This document shows positions 9,305 through 16,746 of a stretch of 64,000 nt of DNA, in pieces. The notes under the pieces are model-generated. The model ran no database searches, was not told the DNA's origin, and saw nothing but the letters and a program-made list of their open reading frames with translations. The position numbers and the translations under genes are program-made. This stretch comes from an uncultured Albidiferax sp. (GTDB lineage Bacteria > Pseudomonadota > Gammaproteobacteria > Burkholderiales > Burkholderiaceae_C). Location: positions 386,532 through 450,531 of the forward strand of contig CAUPPH010000001.1 in the NCBI GenBank assembly GCA_963513125.1, read 5' to 3'. Numbering within the stretch: position 1 is the stretch's first letter; every line of letters begins with the position of its first letter.

Positions 9305-10264
9305 ATGAAAAAAACCCTGACCGCCATTGCCCTTGGCTTATGCCTCTTTGGTGCCCACGCACAGGCTTGGCCCGAAAAGCCGGTCACGCTGGTCGTGCCG
9401 TTTCCGCCGGGGGGCTCCACCGACCAGGTGGCCCGCGCCATCGGCCCCAAACTCACCGACAAGCTCAAACAATCCTTTCTGGTCGACAACAAGGCCGGGG
9501 CGACCGGCACCATCGGTGCCACCTTTGTGAAGCGTGCCGCGCCCGACGGCTACACCTTCCTGGTCACATCGCTCGGCCCACTGGTCATTACGCCGCACCT
9601 ACTCAAGGGCATGCAATACGACCCGATGAAAGACTTTGACCTCATCACCGTGGCCGTGCAGTCGCCCAACGTGTTGGTAGTGCCCGCCAACTCGCCCTAC
9701 AAAACCGTGGCCGACATCATTGCCTTTGAAAAAGCCAACCCCGGCAAGATGAGTTTTGCCTCGGCGGGCAATGGCACCAGCGACCATTTGACCGCCGAGC
9801 TGTTCTGGCAGCAAACCGGCACCAGCGGCGTTCACGTGCCGTACAAGGGCGGTGCGCCCGCCCACACCGACCTGATGGGCGGCCAGGTCGATGCGTCGTT
9901 CCAAAACATCAACGCCGTGGCCCAGTACATCAAGGGCGGCAAGATGCGGGCGCTGGCCATCACCAGCCCCAAACGTTCGCCCGTGCTGCCCGATGTGCCC
10001 ACTCTGGCCGAAGCCGGGGTAAGCGGGGTCGAAGTTACCTCCTGGCAGGCCGTGGTCGCCCCCAAAGGCCTGCCGGTTGCCGTGCGCGACAAGGCCCACG
10101 CCGCCTTTGCCGAAGCCTTGAACGACCCCAAGGTGAAAGAACAGTTCACCGCCATTGGCTTTGAGATGGTGGTCAACACACCAGCCCAGTTCGCCGCCTT
10201 CCAGCAGCAGGAATACGCCCGCTGGAAGAAGGTCATAGAAACCGGCAAGATTTTCATCGACTGA
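9305..10264 (+). CDS. Bug/TctC tripartite tricarboxylate transporter substrate-binding protein
   Basis: Signal peptide; WPEKPVTLVVPFPPGGSTD, VDNKAGATG.IG and HVPYKGGAPA motifs. Confidence 0.92.
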   Translation: MKKTLTAIALGLCLFGAHAQAWPEKPVTLVVPFPPGGSTDQVARAIGPKLTDKLKQSFLVDNKAGATGTIGATFVKRAAPDGYTFLVTSLGPLVITPHLLKGMQYDPMKDFDLITVAVQSPNVLVVPANSPYKTVADIIAFEKANPGKMSFASAGNGTSDHLTAELFWQQTGTSGVHVPYKGGAPAHTDLMGGQVDASFQNINAVAQYIKGGKMRALAITSPKRSPVLPDVPTLAEAGVSGVEVTSWQAVVAPKGLPVAVRDKAHAAFAEALNDPKVKEQFTAIGFEMVVNTPAQFAAFQQQEYARWKKVIETGKIFID

Positions 10265-10299
10265 AGCCAGCCCTTTCCGCCCCTCACCACCGCACCCCT

Positions 10300-11448
10300 A
10301 TGACACCCCCCACTTCCTCCGCCGCAGACAGCATCGCCTGGGTCCGCGTCTCCTCCTGCTACCTGCCGCTGGCCAACCCGATCAGCGATGCCAAGGTGCT
10401 CACCGGTCGCCAGAAGCCGATGACCGAAATCGCCATGCTGTTCGCCGAAATCGAAACCAAAGACGGCCACCAGGGCCTGGGCTTCAGCTACTCCAAGCGC
10501 GCCGGTGGCCCCGGCCAGTTTGCGCACGCCCAGGAGATTGCCCCCGCCCTGCTCGGCGAAGACCCGAGCGACATCTCCAAACTCTGGACCAAGCTGCAAT
10601 GGGCCGGCGCATCCGTGGGCCGCAGCGGCATGGCGGTGCAAGCCATCGGCGCGTTCGATGTGGCGCTGTACGACCTCAAGGCCCGCCGCGCCGGTCTGTC
10701 GCTGTCTAAGCTGCTGGGCTCACAGCGCGACTCGGTCCGCTGCTACAACACCTCGGGCGGTTTTTTGCACACACCGCTGGACCAGCTACTGGTGAACGCC
10801 GCCGCCTCGCGCGAGCGCGGCATCGGCGGCATCAAGCTCAAGGTCGGCCAGCCCGACCATGCGCTGGACATCCGGCGGGTCGAAGCCGTACGCAAGCACC
10901 TGGGCGACCACATGCCGCTGATGGTCGATGCCAACCAGCAATGGGACCGCCCCACCGCCCAGCGCATGTGCCGCATCTTCGAGCAGTTCAACCTGGTTTG
11001 GATCGAAGAACCCCTGGATGCCTACGATTTTGAGGGCCACGCCGCGCTGGCCGCCCAGTTCGACACGCCCATCGCCACCGGCGAGATGCTGACCTCTGCC
11101 GCCGAACACGCCGAACTGATCCGCCACCGCGCCGCCGACTACCTGATGCCCGACGCGCCGCGCGTGGGCGGCATCACGCCCTTCCTGCGCATCGCCGCAC
11201 AGGCCGAAAACGCCGGCATCGCCCTCGGGCCGCACTTTGCGATGGAACTGCACGTGCACCTGGGCGCGGTGTACGTCACCGAGCCCTGGGTCGAGCATTT
11301 CGACTGGCTGGAGCCGCTGTTCAACGAGCGCCTGGAGATCCAAAATGGCCGGATGCTGGTGCCCACCCGCCCCGGCCTGGGCCTCAGCCTCAGCGAACAA
11401 GCCCGCAGCTGGACCCGCGAAGTAGCCGAAGTAGGCAAGCGCCCCTGA
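10300..11448 (+). CDS. L-talarate/galactarate dehydratase (mandelate racemase subgroup)
   Basis: ISDAKVLTGRQKP, GFSYSKRAGG, CYNTSGGFLH, KLKVG, DANQQW and APHF-like GPHFAME segments, as recalled for Salmonella STM3697. Confidence 0.88.
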   Translation: MTPPTSSAADSIAWVRVSSCYLPLANPISDAKVLTGRQKPMTEIAMLFAEIETKDGHQGLGFSYSKRAGGPGQFAHAQEIAPALLGEDPSDISKLWTKLQWAGASVGRSGMAVQAIGAFDVALYDLKARRAGLSLSKLLGSQRDSVRCYNTSGGFLHTPLDQLLVNAAASRERGIGGIKLKVGQPDHALDIRRVEAVRKHLGDHMPLMVDANQQWDRPTAQRMCRIFEQFNLVWIEEPLDAYDFEGHAALAAQFDTPIATGEMLTSAAEHAELIRHRAADYLMPDAPRVGGITPFLRIAAQAENAGIALGPHFAMELHVHLGAVYVTEPWVEHFDWLEPLFNERLEIQNGRMLVPTRPGLGLSLSEQARSWTREVAEVGKRP

Positions 11449-11472
11449 TTCCACCGGGCGAAGCGGCTTTAC

Positions 11473-11530
11473 GCTATTGAATAAATAGCTGCTTGTGCTG
11501 GTGGAATAAGCGCAGGCAGCCTAAAACCTT
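11473..11530 (+). repeat. REP-like family 1 copy (intergenic)
   Basis: GCTATTGAATAAATAGCTGCTTGTGCTGGTGGAATAAGCGC. Confidence 0.9.
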
Positions 11531-11536
11531 CACAAC

Positions 11537-12067
11537 TCAACCCACCAAAGAAAACACATCCGCATCCACCGCCCGACCGTGCAGCCACAGCTTGTTGCGG
11601 GCCACGCACTCCCACACGGCACCGGCCTTGCGCGCCACGCCCGCGCTGGCGGCATTGCCCACGGCGGCGCTGATCTCCACGCGGTGCAGTTGCAACGACG
11701 CAAAAGCAAAGTCGGCCAGCACCCGCACACAGCGGCTGGCCACGCCCTGGTGCTGCGCCGACTGCCGCACCCAGTAGCCCAGATTGCAGCTTTTGCGCAG
11801 CGCGTGCAGCTCGCTCACACCCGCCCCGCCCAAAAACCGCCGCCCGTCCTCAGAGAACACGCCAAACTCATGGTCCGTCCCCACCGCACGCCCGGCGTGG
11901 GTGAAGGCGAACCACTCCAAGGCCTCCTGCGCGCTGTACGCCGCGTGTGCCCATGGCATCCACGGCTGGAGGGATGCCAGCGACTCCAACACCGCCTCGG
12001 TGAAAGCCGGGGCATCGGAGGGTTCAAATGGTCGAAGCAGCAGGCCTGGGGCGTGGAGTGTGGGCAT
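11537..12067 (-). CDS. RimJ/RimL-type GNAT N-acetyltransferase
   Basis: LLLRPF, NLGYWVR..AQHQGVA and GNAASAGVARKAG motifs. Confidence 0.85.
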   Translation of the reverse strand: MPTLHAPGLLLRPFEPSDAPAFTEAVLESLASLQPWMPWAHAAYSAQEALEWFAFTHAGRAVGTDHEFGVFSEDGRRFLGGAGVSELHALRKSCNLGYWVRQSAQHQGVASRCVRVLADFAFASLQLHRVEISAAVGNAASAGVARKAGAVWECVARNKLWLHGRAVDADVFSLVG

Positions 12068-12073
12068 ATGAGC

Positions 12074-12137
12074 GCTCTTGTATTTGTAGCTGCTTGTGCC
12101 GGTAGGATGGGCACGAGAGGCTTATATGACTCTTTAA
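12074..12137 (+). repeat. REP-like family 1 copy (left edge of the higB islet)
   Basis: GCTCTTGTATTTGTAGCTGCTTGTGCCGGTAGGATGGGCACGAGAGGC. Confidence 0.85.
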
Positions 12138-12258
12138 ATTTTGAACTATGAGGGCAGTGCCGCCTAGCATGACACTTACCTTTTATTGGTGCAGTTGATG
12201 TTTAAATAAAAAAGAACTATCATTCACCAGGGGTGGAGGAAACCATCATGACTAAACC

Positions 12259-12543
12259 ATGCAACTACTTGGCCTCATCAAGCTCGACGATTTCAAGCGC
12301 ACACACGCTGATGCACGTGGGCCACTTGACGCTTGGCGCATTGAAACCGAGCAGGCCCGATGGACCGGCCCGCAAGATGTCAGGAACCGATACCCTAGCG
12401 CCAGCTTTCTAGCGGACAACAGAGTGATTTTTAACATCAAAGGCAACACCTACCGATTAGTCATCAAAGTCAAATACCAAAACGGATTGATCTTGATCGA
12501 GTGGGTTGGCACACATGCCGAGTACGACAAGCAGAAGTTCTAA
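12259..12543 (+). CDS. higB: HigB-family (RelE-fold) toxin
   Basis: W..PQDVR..YPSAS....NRVIFNIKGN.YRLV......WVGTHAEYD signature. Confidence 0.9.
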   Translation: MQLLGLIKLDDFKRTHADARGPLDAWRIETEQARWTGPQDVRNRYPSASFLADNRVIFNIKGNTYRLVIKVKYQNGLILIEWVGTHAEYDKQKF

Positions 12544-12572
12544 GCGGGTCTTGGCAAATGGAAGGAAAAAAT

Positions 12573-13814
12573 ATGAAGCAACAGGTGAAAGTGATCAAAA
12601 CGCAGCGTGATTACGATGCGGCGATCGTTCGTCTGTCAGCTTTGATGGATGAAGACATGGCGCCAGGCTCCAGCAAGGAAGCTGAACTGGAGTTGCTAGC
12701 TTTGGTCATTGAGTCTTACGAGCGCAGCAAAGTTGAACCCGTGGTTCCCGATCCCATTGAAGCGATTTTGTTTCGCATGGACCAGTTGGGACTCAAGAAG
12801 GTGGACATGGTGCCTTACATGGGGTCGCTGCCCAAGGTATCGGAGGTGTTGGCGCGTAAGCGGCCGCTCAACCTCGCAGCGATACGTAAGCTGCATCAGG
12901 GCTTGGGTATCCCGGCGGATGTTCTGCTGACCGCAACCGATGATGCGGTTGACCTGTCGGAGGAACTCCCCTACGACAAAGACAAGTTCCCCATCAAGGA
13001 AATGGTCAAACGCGGCTACTTCGAGGGCTTCCGGGGCACACTTCGAGAAGCCCGCGAGTGCAGCGAAGAATTGATCCGCTCCTTCATGCGCGGCTTCAAC
13101 GTAAACCCAGTTCAACCAGCACGACTACGTGCGCCAATGCACCAGAGCGGCAGCAGACTGATGGACGACTATGCCCTGCTAGCTTGGCATGTTGCTGTAC
13201 TCAAAAAGGCTCGCCAAATCAAGTTCAAGTCGGCCTACGTGAAAGGCAGCTTGACCGATGAACGCCTGAAAGAATTGGCACGCCTGTCTCGCTTCGAGCA
13301 AGGACCCCGTCTGGCTCAAGAGTTCTTGGCCGACATGGGCATCGCCCTGGTGTTCGAGAACCATTTCAACAAGACCTATCTCGATGGTGCTGCCATGTTC
13401 GATGGAGATCGACCGGTGGTAGCGTTGACATTGCGACACAACCGGCTCGATAACTTTTGGTTCGCCTTAATGCACGAGTTGGTGCACGTGCAGAAGCATT
13501 TACGTCCTGATAACTCCTTCATTGCCGACAACCTTGAAGACAAGATTCATCAGCAGTCCCAGGAGGAACGCGAGGCCGACGACGGTGCCCGAGAAATTCT
13601 GGTCCCACAAGCCGAATGGTTGGAGTCAGACTTAGGCGTTTCTCCCACGATGGATGCCGCAATAGCGTTGGCTGACAAGCTCCGCATCCATCCCACCATC
13701 GTGGCTGGGCGCGTGCGTTTTGAATCTGGCAACTGGCGCCTGCTCAGCAGCATCAAGGCTGAGGTTCGCTGCCAGTTTCTCGATCAACTTGAGGAGCCGG
13801 CGCAACCCAGTTGA
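12573..13814 (+). CDS. higA: HigA antitoxin fused to an ImmA/IrrE-family Zn metallopeptidase
   Basis: Start reassigned to MKQQVKVIKT; N-terminal HigA (YE...PDPIEAI.FRM, SEVL.RKRPLN) and C-terminal FWFALMHELVH HExxH with EREAD downstream. Confidence 0.88.
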   Translation: MKQQVKVIKTQRDYDAAIVRLSALMDEDMAPGSSKEAELELLALVIESYERSKVEPVVPDPIEAILFRMDQLGLKKVDMVPYMGSLPKVSEVLARKRPLNLAAIRKLHQGLGIPADVLLTATDDAVDLSEELPYDKDKFPIKEMVKRGYFEGFRGTLREARECSEELIRSFMRGFNVNPVQPARLRAPMHQSGSRLMDDYALLAWHVAVLKKARQIKFKSAYVKGSLTDERLKELARLSRFEQGPRLAQEFLADMGIALVFENHFNKTYLDGAAMFDGDRPVVALTLRHNRLDNFWFALMHELVHVQKHLRPDNSFIADNLEDKIHQQSQEEREADDGAREILVPQAEWLESDLGVSPTMDAAIALADKLRIHPTIVAGRVRFESGNWRLLSSIKAEVRCQFLDQLEEPAQPS

Positions 13815-13819
13815 TCAGC

Positions 13820-13857
13820 AAAGAAAAAAGCCCTGGAGTGCTCGAACACTCAAGGGC
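13820..13857 (-). terminator. Intrinsic terminator oriented for a minus-strand transcript
   Basis: Stem GCCCTGGAGTG/CACTCAAGGGC (13830-13857, one mismatch) with an A-tract at 13820-13829 that reads as a U-tract on the minus strand. Confidence 0.7.
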
Positions 13858-13922
13858 CTTTGGTGAGGTGAATAGGGGTCTACCAAAAAACCACCCATGC
13901 ACAACACGTCTTGGAGAAGACG
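13820..13922 (-). ncRNA. Candidate ~100-nt small RNA
   Basis: Extended -10-like TGATAAGAT (13927-13935, minus strand), 5' hairpin CGTCTT/AAGACG (13907-13922) and a U-tailed terminator; no minus-strand protein gene nearby needs this terminator. Confidence 0.4.
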
Positions 13923-13991
13923 GCGGATCTTATCAGTTCGCAGTGCACGGGCATAGATGAAAACCCCTCCACTCTTCATAAAGGAGTTGGC

Positions 13992-14114
13992 ATGGCCTAC
14001 ACCCGTTGGAAGAGCGTTTTTGTGCGGGCATACGTCCGCTTCCGGTTTGGACGCCGGGAGCATGTTTGCAAACACTGGCGCTCACATCCCGGTCAGATGG
14101 AACTATTCGTCTGA
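13992..14114 (+). CDS. Basic/aromatic 40-aa microprotein MAYTRWKSVFVRAYVRFRFGRREHVCKHWRSHPGQMELFV
   Basis: Strong AAGGAG SD 5 nt before ATG; the ORF track over-extends it to a TTG at 13911. Confidence 0.65.
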   Translation: MAYTRWKSVFVRAYVRFRFGRREHVCKHWRSHPGQMELFV

Positions 14115-14187
14115 CCATCGATGGCAGAGGCCTTGTTCGCAAGGTATCTGCCACCTTCCTGCACTTGAACTTTGAAAGATATCCATC

Positions 14188-14340
14188 ATGGCAACCAAGA
14201 CCCCCAATGAGCAAACATCTGCTCGCGTCGCCTCTGCAGCATCCAAGCTATTGAGCAACCCCAAGACCCCGACCGCAGTGAGGTCGGTAGCGGCTTCGGC
14301 ACTGACCCAACGGCCTAGTGGCAAGCCAAAGGGTAAGTAA
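14188..14340 (+). CDS. Basic 50-aa microprotein MATKTPNEQTSARVASAASKLLSNPKTPTAVRSVAASALTQRPSGKPKGK
   Basis: Open ATG..TAA frame missed by the ORF track (<60 aa), followed by an intrinsic terminator; resembles recurrent small hypothetical proteins of mobile elements (from memory, unverified). Confidence 0.6.
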   Translation: MATKTPNEQTSARVASAASKLLSNPKTPTAVRSVAASALTQRPSGKPKGK

Positions 14341-14363
14341 CTTCACTGCTGCCCGGTTGTTCG

Positions 14364-14393
14364 TGAGCCCGCTTCATGCGGGCTCATTTATTT
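14364..14393 (+). terminator. Intrinsic terminator after the microprotein pair
   Basis: TGAGCCCGC-TTCAT-GCGGGCTCA 9-bp stem followed by TTTATTT. Confidence 0.75.
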
Positions 14394-14473
14394 GCCCGTA
14401 CCCAAGACAATTTTGACGACAGATCATCATGGCGCTTCCCGCCTTCCGTCGCGGTAACTGCAACACCCAACCG

Positions 14474-15679
14474 TCAACCCGTTGAGCTTCGCCCCACCTT
14501 CCCCTTCCCAAACACATGCCCCCGCAACCGCGCCAAGAGCTTCTCCTTCTGCCCCTCCAAAATCTGGCTGCCCTCCACCAGCGCAGGCCAGGTGGCGTAG
14601 GCCTGGGCGACCGTATCGCGGACCAGGCGGGTGCAGGGTTGTTCGGCGATGCCTACGCGGTTGCAGAAGGCGCGCAGGGTGCGGGGGTTGAGGGTTCGGC
14701 CTAGCTCGGGCTCGGTGCCTTTGCCGCCGTCATTGCGGTACAGCGCCAGCGCGCTGCCCTGGCCGCTGTAGTAGGCAGACCAGGCGACGATGTCAAAGGC
14801 AGGGGACAGCACCGGGGTGTGGCTCTCGGGGTAGAGCAGGCAGAAGTTTTTCAGGTGCGCGTCATAGTTGCCCATGAGCTCGTTGATGGTGACCAGGCGC
14901 AGCAGTTCGTGTACGGCGCTCAGGCCCAGGCTGTCGGGGTAACGCAGCATCAAACCGGCCATGGCGGCGTAGGTGGCGCCGGTGTATTTGTTGCGCGGGT
15001 CCACGCCCAGCGCCTGGGCGAAGTCTTCGCAGTGGATACGTTTGGCGCCATCGCGGTCGAAGCGGGTCACGGCCAAAAAGTTGCTGCTGCCGCCCAGGGT
15101 GTAGCCGTGGGCAAAGTCCAGCTTGTCCAGCGGCACCAGCTTGTGTTCGCACACGTTGGCCCCGGCGGCCTGGGCCATGGACAGGCTGCGGTGTTCCAGC
15201 TCGGGCAGCTTGGCGCGGTCTACCTGGGGCAGCTTGCCGATGATGCGGGTTACGCCAGACCGCTTGCGGGCCACGTAACGGCCGCCCTGGGCGATCAGGC
15301 CCACCTTGGGCTGCATGCCAGAGATCGACACGCCCAGGGGCAGCGGGTCGGCGGTGACCGACATTTCCAGGGCATCGTTGTCTTGCGTGACCAGCCGGGC
15401 CAGGGCCTGGCGGTCCAGGTGGGCCGGTAGCGCCTTGACTGCGCCGGGCAGGTCCAGGCCGCAGGCGGCAAACGGGGCGAAGTGGTCGCCTTCGCGGCAG
15501 CCGCGCTCTTGCGCCAGCTGGGTGCGGAACACGCCCTCGGGCAGCATGTTCTGGAAGAAGTCGGGCAGACGGCCATCCGCGCCATTGAACACCGGCGCGG
15601 CAACGTCTTTCCACAGCGATGCCTGCTGGGCCGGGCCGCGGGCGCGCATGCTGACCGACAAAATCTCTTGCGCGGTCAT
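14474..15679 (-). CDS. Orphan HipA-like Ser/Thr kinase, N-terminus apparently shortened
   Basis: FFQNMLPEG (HipA-N), SISGMQPK P-loop, DAHLKNF and SPAFDI motifs; in-frame TAA four codons upstream of ATG; no hipB adjacent. Confidence 0.82.
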   Translation of the reverse strand: MTAQEILSVSMRARGPAQQASLWKDVAAPVFNGADGRLPDFFQNMLPEGVFRTQLAQERGCREGDHFAPFAACGLDLPGAVKALPAHLDRQALARLVTQDNDALEMSVTADPLPLGVSISGMQPKVGLIAQGGRYVARKRSGVTRIIGKLPQVDRAKLPELEHRSLSMAQAAGANVCEHKLVPLDKLDFAHGYTLGGSSNFLAVTRFDRDGAKRIHCEDFAQALGVDPRNKYTGATYAAMAGLMLRYPDSLGLSAVHELLRLVTINELMGNYDAHLKNFCLLYPESHTPVLSPAFDIVAWSAYYSGQGSALALYRNDGGKGTEPELGRTLNPRTLRAFCNRVGIAEQPCTRLVRDTVAQAYATWPALVEGSQILEGQKEKLLARLRGHVFGKGKVGRSSTG

Positions 15680-15705
15680 TTCAAAGGCTTATGTGTTGAA
15701 CATAT

Positions 15706-15729
15706 TTAACATTTTTCGGAAATTGTTAA
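15706..15729. promoter_or_regulatory. Imperfect 24-bp palindrome upstream of the orphan hipA
   Basis: TTAACATTTTTCGGAAATTGTTAA in an AT-rich spacer. Confidence 0.45.
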
Positions 15730-15760
15730 ACGAAGTTGTCAGCCAGCAGCACGGGAATGA

Positions 15761-16678
15761 TCAAGCCACCGAGGCCATCGCCGCCCGCAGCACCTGGGCC
15801 GACTGCTCCAGCGCCGCACGCTCTTGCGCATCCATGGCGGGCTCCAGCACCTGCACCGCGCCCTGGGCGCTGACGATGGTGGGGAGAGACAAGGCCACGC
15901 CCAACAGGCCCAGCGCGCCGGTTTGCACACGGGTGACGGTGAGCACCCGGCGCTCGTCGCGCAGCATGCCGTGCAGCAAATGCGCGGTGACCAGGCCGAT
16001 GGCATGGTTGGTGGAGCCCTTGCGCTGGATGATCTCGTAGGCGGCGCGGCGCACCTGGTGGGCGATGTGCTCCTCGTCGGCAGGTTGCCAGCCCGCCCAG
16101 CTGCGCAGGGGCACGCCGCCCACTTCCGCGCTGGACCACAGCACCACTTCCGAGTCGCCATGCTCGCCCACCAGCTGCGCGTGGATGGAGCGCGGGTCCA
16201 GCGCCAGCCGCTGGCCCAGGATCTGGCGCAGCCGTGCGGTATCCAGCATGGTGCCGGTGCCGATGACGCGCTCGGGCGGCAGGCCGGAAGCCTGGGTGAA
16301 GTCAAACACCAGCACGTCGATGGGGTTGCTGACGATCACCACAATGCCCTGGTAACCGCGCAGTTGCTGGGCGATGCCGCGCAGGATGCCCAGGTTTTCT
16401 TTCAGCAAATCCAGCCGCGACTGGCCGGGCGCGCCGCCTTTACCCGCTGTGATGACGATGGCCTGGGTGTCCAGCATCTCGGCCAGCGACCCGGCCCGCA
16501 CCTGGGCCGACGGGTAAAAGGCTGCGCCGTGCGCCAGGTCCATGGCCTCGCCCTCGGCCAGGCCGTCGCGCGCGTCGAACAGCAGCACCTCTTGCGCCGC
16601 CCCCGCCTGCAGCACCGAAATCGCCACGCTGGCCCCGACCCAGCCGGTGCCGATGATGCCAATAGAAGGTGTGCGCAT
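15761..16678 (-). CDS. L-lactate/malate dehydrogenase superfamily 2-hydroxyacid dehydrogenase
   Basis: Start reassigned to MRTPSIGIIG; GTGWVG, EGEAMDL.HG, SNPID, GTGTMLDTAR and GEHGDS motifs. Confidence 0.88.
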   Translation of the reverse strand: MRTPSIGIIGTGWVGASVAISVLQAGAAQEVLLFDARDGLAEGEAMDLAHGAAFYPSAQVRAGSLAEMLDTQAIVITAGKGGAPGQSRLDLLKENLGILRGIAQQLRGYQGIVVIVSNPIDVLVFDFTQASGLPPERVIGTGTMLDTARLRQILGQRLALDPRSIHAQLVGEHGDSEVVLWSSAEVGGVPLRSWAGWQPADEEHIAHQVRRAAYEIIQRKGSTNHAIGLVTAHLLHGMLRDERRVLTVTRVQTGALGLLGVALSLPTIVSAQGAVQVLEPAMDAQERAALEQSAQVLRAAMASVA

Positions 16679-16746
16679 GGGGAGTCCTCTGTTTGAAAGG
16701 CCCAGCCTACACCGGGTGTGCGACAAGCGTCTGTGCGCTAGCGCAA

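Noticed and set aside
14428-14485. 18-codon ORF (MALPAFRR...) after the islet terminator
   Set aside because: No SD, too short, and it overlaps the hipA stop; no support
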